The notes beneath the pieces were generated by a model, which searched no databases, had not been told where the DNA came from, and saw only the letters and a program-made list of their open reading frames with translations. DNA of 64,000 bases. It comes from an uncultured Methanosarcinales archaeon (GTDB taxonomy: Archaea > Nanobdellota > Nanobdellia > Woesearchaeales > GW2011-AR4). Made by a program: the position numbers and the translations under genes. Positions 63,604 through 64,000 of the stretch are shown piece by piece. The DNA lies in NCBI GenBank assembly GCA_964396095.1, contig CAYNCK010000075.1, positions 8,626 through 72,625 of the forward strand. Reading direction: 5' to 3'. Position 1 is the stretch's first letter, and each line of letters begins with the position of its first letter.

Positions 63604-64000
63604 ATGAAAGAAAATCCACTAAAGCTAAGCATGATAGACAAAAAACTTCTCTGCGAACTTGACATAAATGCCAGACAGCCCTTAACGCAATTAGCCAAGA
63701 AAGTAAGGGCAAGCCCTGCAGTTATAGAATACAGGCTGAAAAGGATGGAAAAATCCGGCTTAATCAAAAATTACCTTACATTTCTTGATGCAGGCAAATT
63801 AGGATTAATGATCTGGAATGTCTATGTCGAACTGCAAAATACGACAGATAAAGAAGAAAATGAAATTGTAAATTATTTATGTGGTATCGAGAAAACTTGG
63901 TGGGTTGCCAAATGCTCAGGGAAATGGAATCTAATCTACAGCTTATGCGTTAAAAATGTCAAGGAATTTTATTCAATAGTAAACGATGTCCGCATTAAAT
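63604..64000 (+). CDS. lrp: Lrp/AsnC-family transcriptional regulator, N-terminal part. The gene continues past the window end.
   Basis: HTH_AsnC pattern LSMIDKKLLCELDINARQPLTQLAKKVRASPAVIEYRLKRMEKSGLIKNY. Confidence 0.75.
   Translation, partial: MKENPLKLSMIDKKLLCELDINARQPLTQLAKKVRASPAVIEYRLKRMEKSGLIKNYLTFLDAGKLGLMIWNVYVELQNTTDKEENEIVNYLCGIEKTWWVAKCSGKWNLIYSLCVKNVKEFYSIVNDVRIK

Noticed and set aside
1-64000. A check for CRISPR arrays or cas genes.
   Set aside because: No series of regularly spaced direct repeats of 24-40 bp was found anywhere in the window. The short AT-rich direct repeats, such as aataatttaaaa x2 at 5953-5993, are low-complexity. No Cas-like ORFs are present.
1-64000. A check for rRNA, RNase P RNA, SRP RNA or other GC-rich structured ncRNA.
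   Set aside because: The only GC-rich non-coding islands found correspond to the four tRNA genes. No extended GC-rich non-coding segment of a few hundred nucleotides is present.

Overview
The 64 kb window is AT-rich, gene-dense and clearly archaeal. Archaeal markers are Orc1/Cdc6, a complete A1Ao ATP synthase operon (ahaHIKECFABD), deoxyhypusine synthase, CDP-archaeol synthase, RNase P protein Rpp21, TrmB and Lrp regulators, archaeal-type CoA genes (pantoate kinase and phosphopantothenate synthetase next to panB and coaBC), and four tRNA genes that all carry introns, three of them apparently in the D-loop rather than at 37/38. Gene content and decay suggest a reduced, possibly symbiotic (DPANN-like) lineage. 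The decay includes a Hel308 helicase lacking its ATPase half, an 88-aa Dph2 fragment, a frameshifted metallophosphoesterase and an FtsX permease remnant. There are also large secreted proteins with Ig/PKD-like repeats, a SemiSWEET transporter, a toxin-antitoxin islet and a LAGLIDADG homing endonuclease wedged against tRNA-Ile. Other annotated blocks are an ABC-2 exporter, TatD, a leuCDB-like block, FKBP, an H+-pyrophosphatase, Pgk, RpiB, NUDIX, and a polar-lipid head-group cluster (CarS, two tandem-domain CDP-alcohol phosphatidyltransferases, Psd, a PmtA-like methyltransferase). The most unexpected items are (i) a bona fide sigma-70/ECF-family protein in an archaeal context; (ii) a PadR regulator diverging from a Cys/Met-rich metallothionein-like gene across twin palindromic operators; (iii) Thermococcales-type TGM palindromes (TATCAC-N5/6-GTGATA) at two loci alongside a TrmB-family regulator; (iv) a ~32-nt element (GCGCyTATTGTCCAGCG-N7-AGCTAAAA) present three times upstream of genes, one copy inside the ATP synthase operon; and (v) a radical-SAM enzyme with Cx4Cx2C spacing translationally coupled to a very AT-rich secreted protein. 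No CRISPR array, rRNA or integrase was seen.
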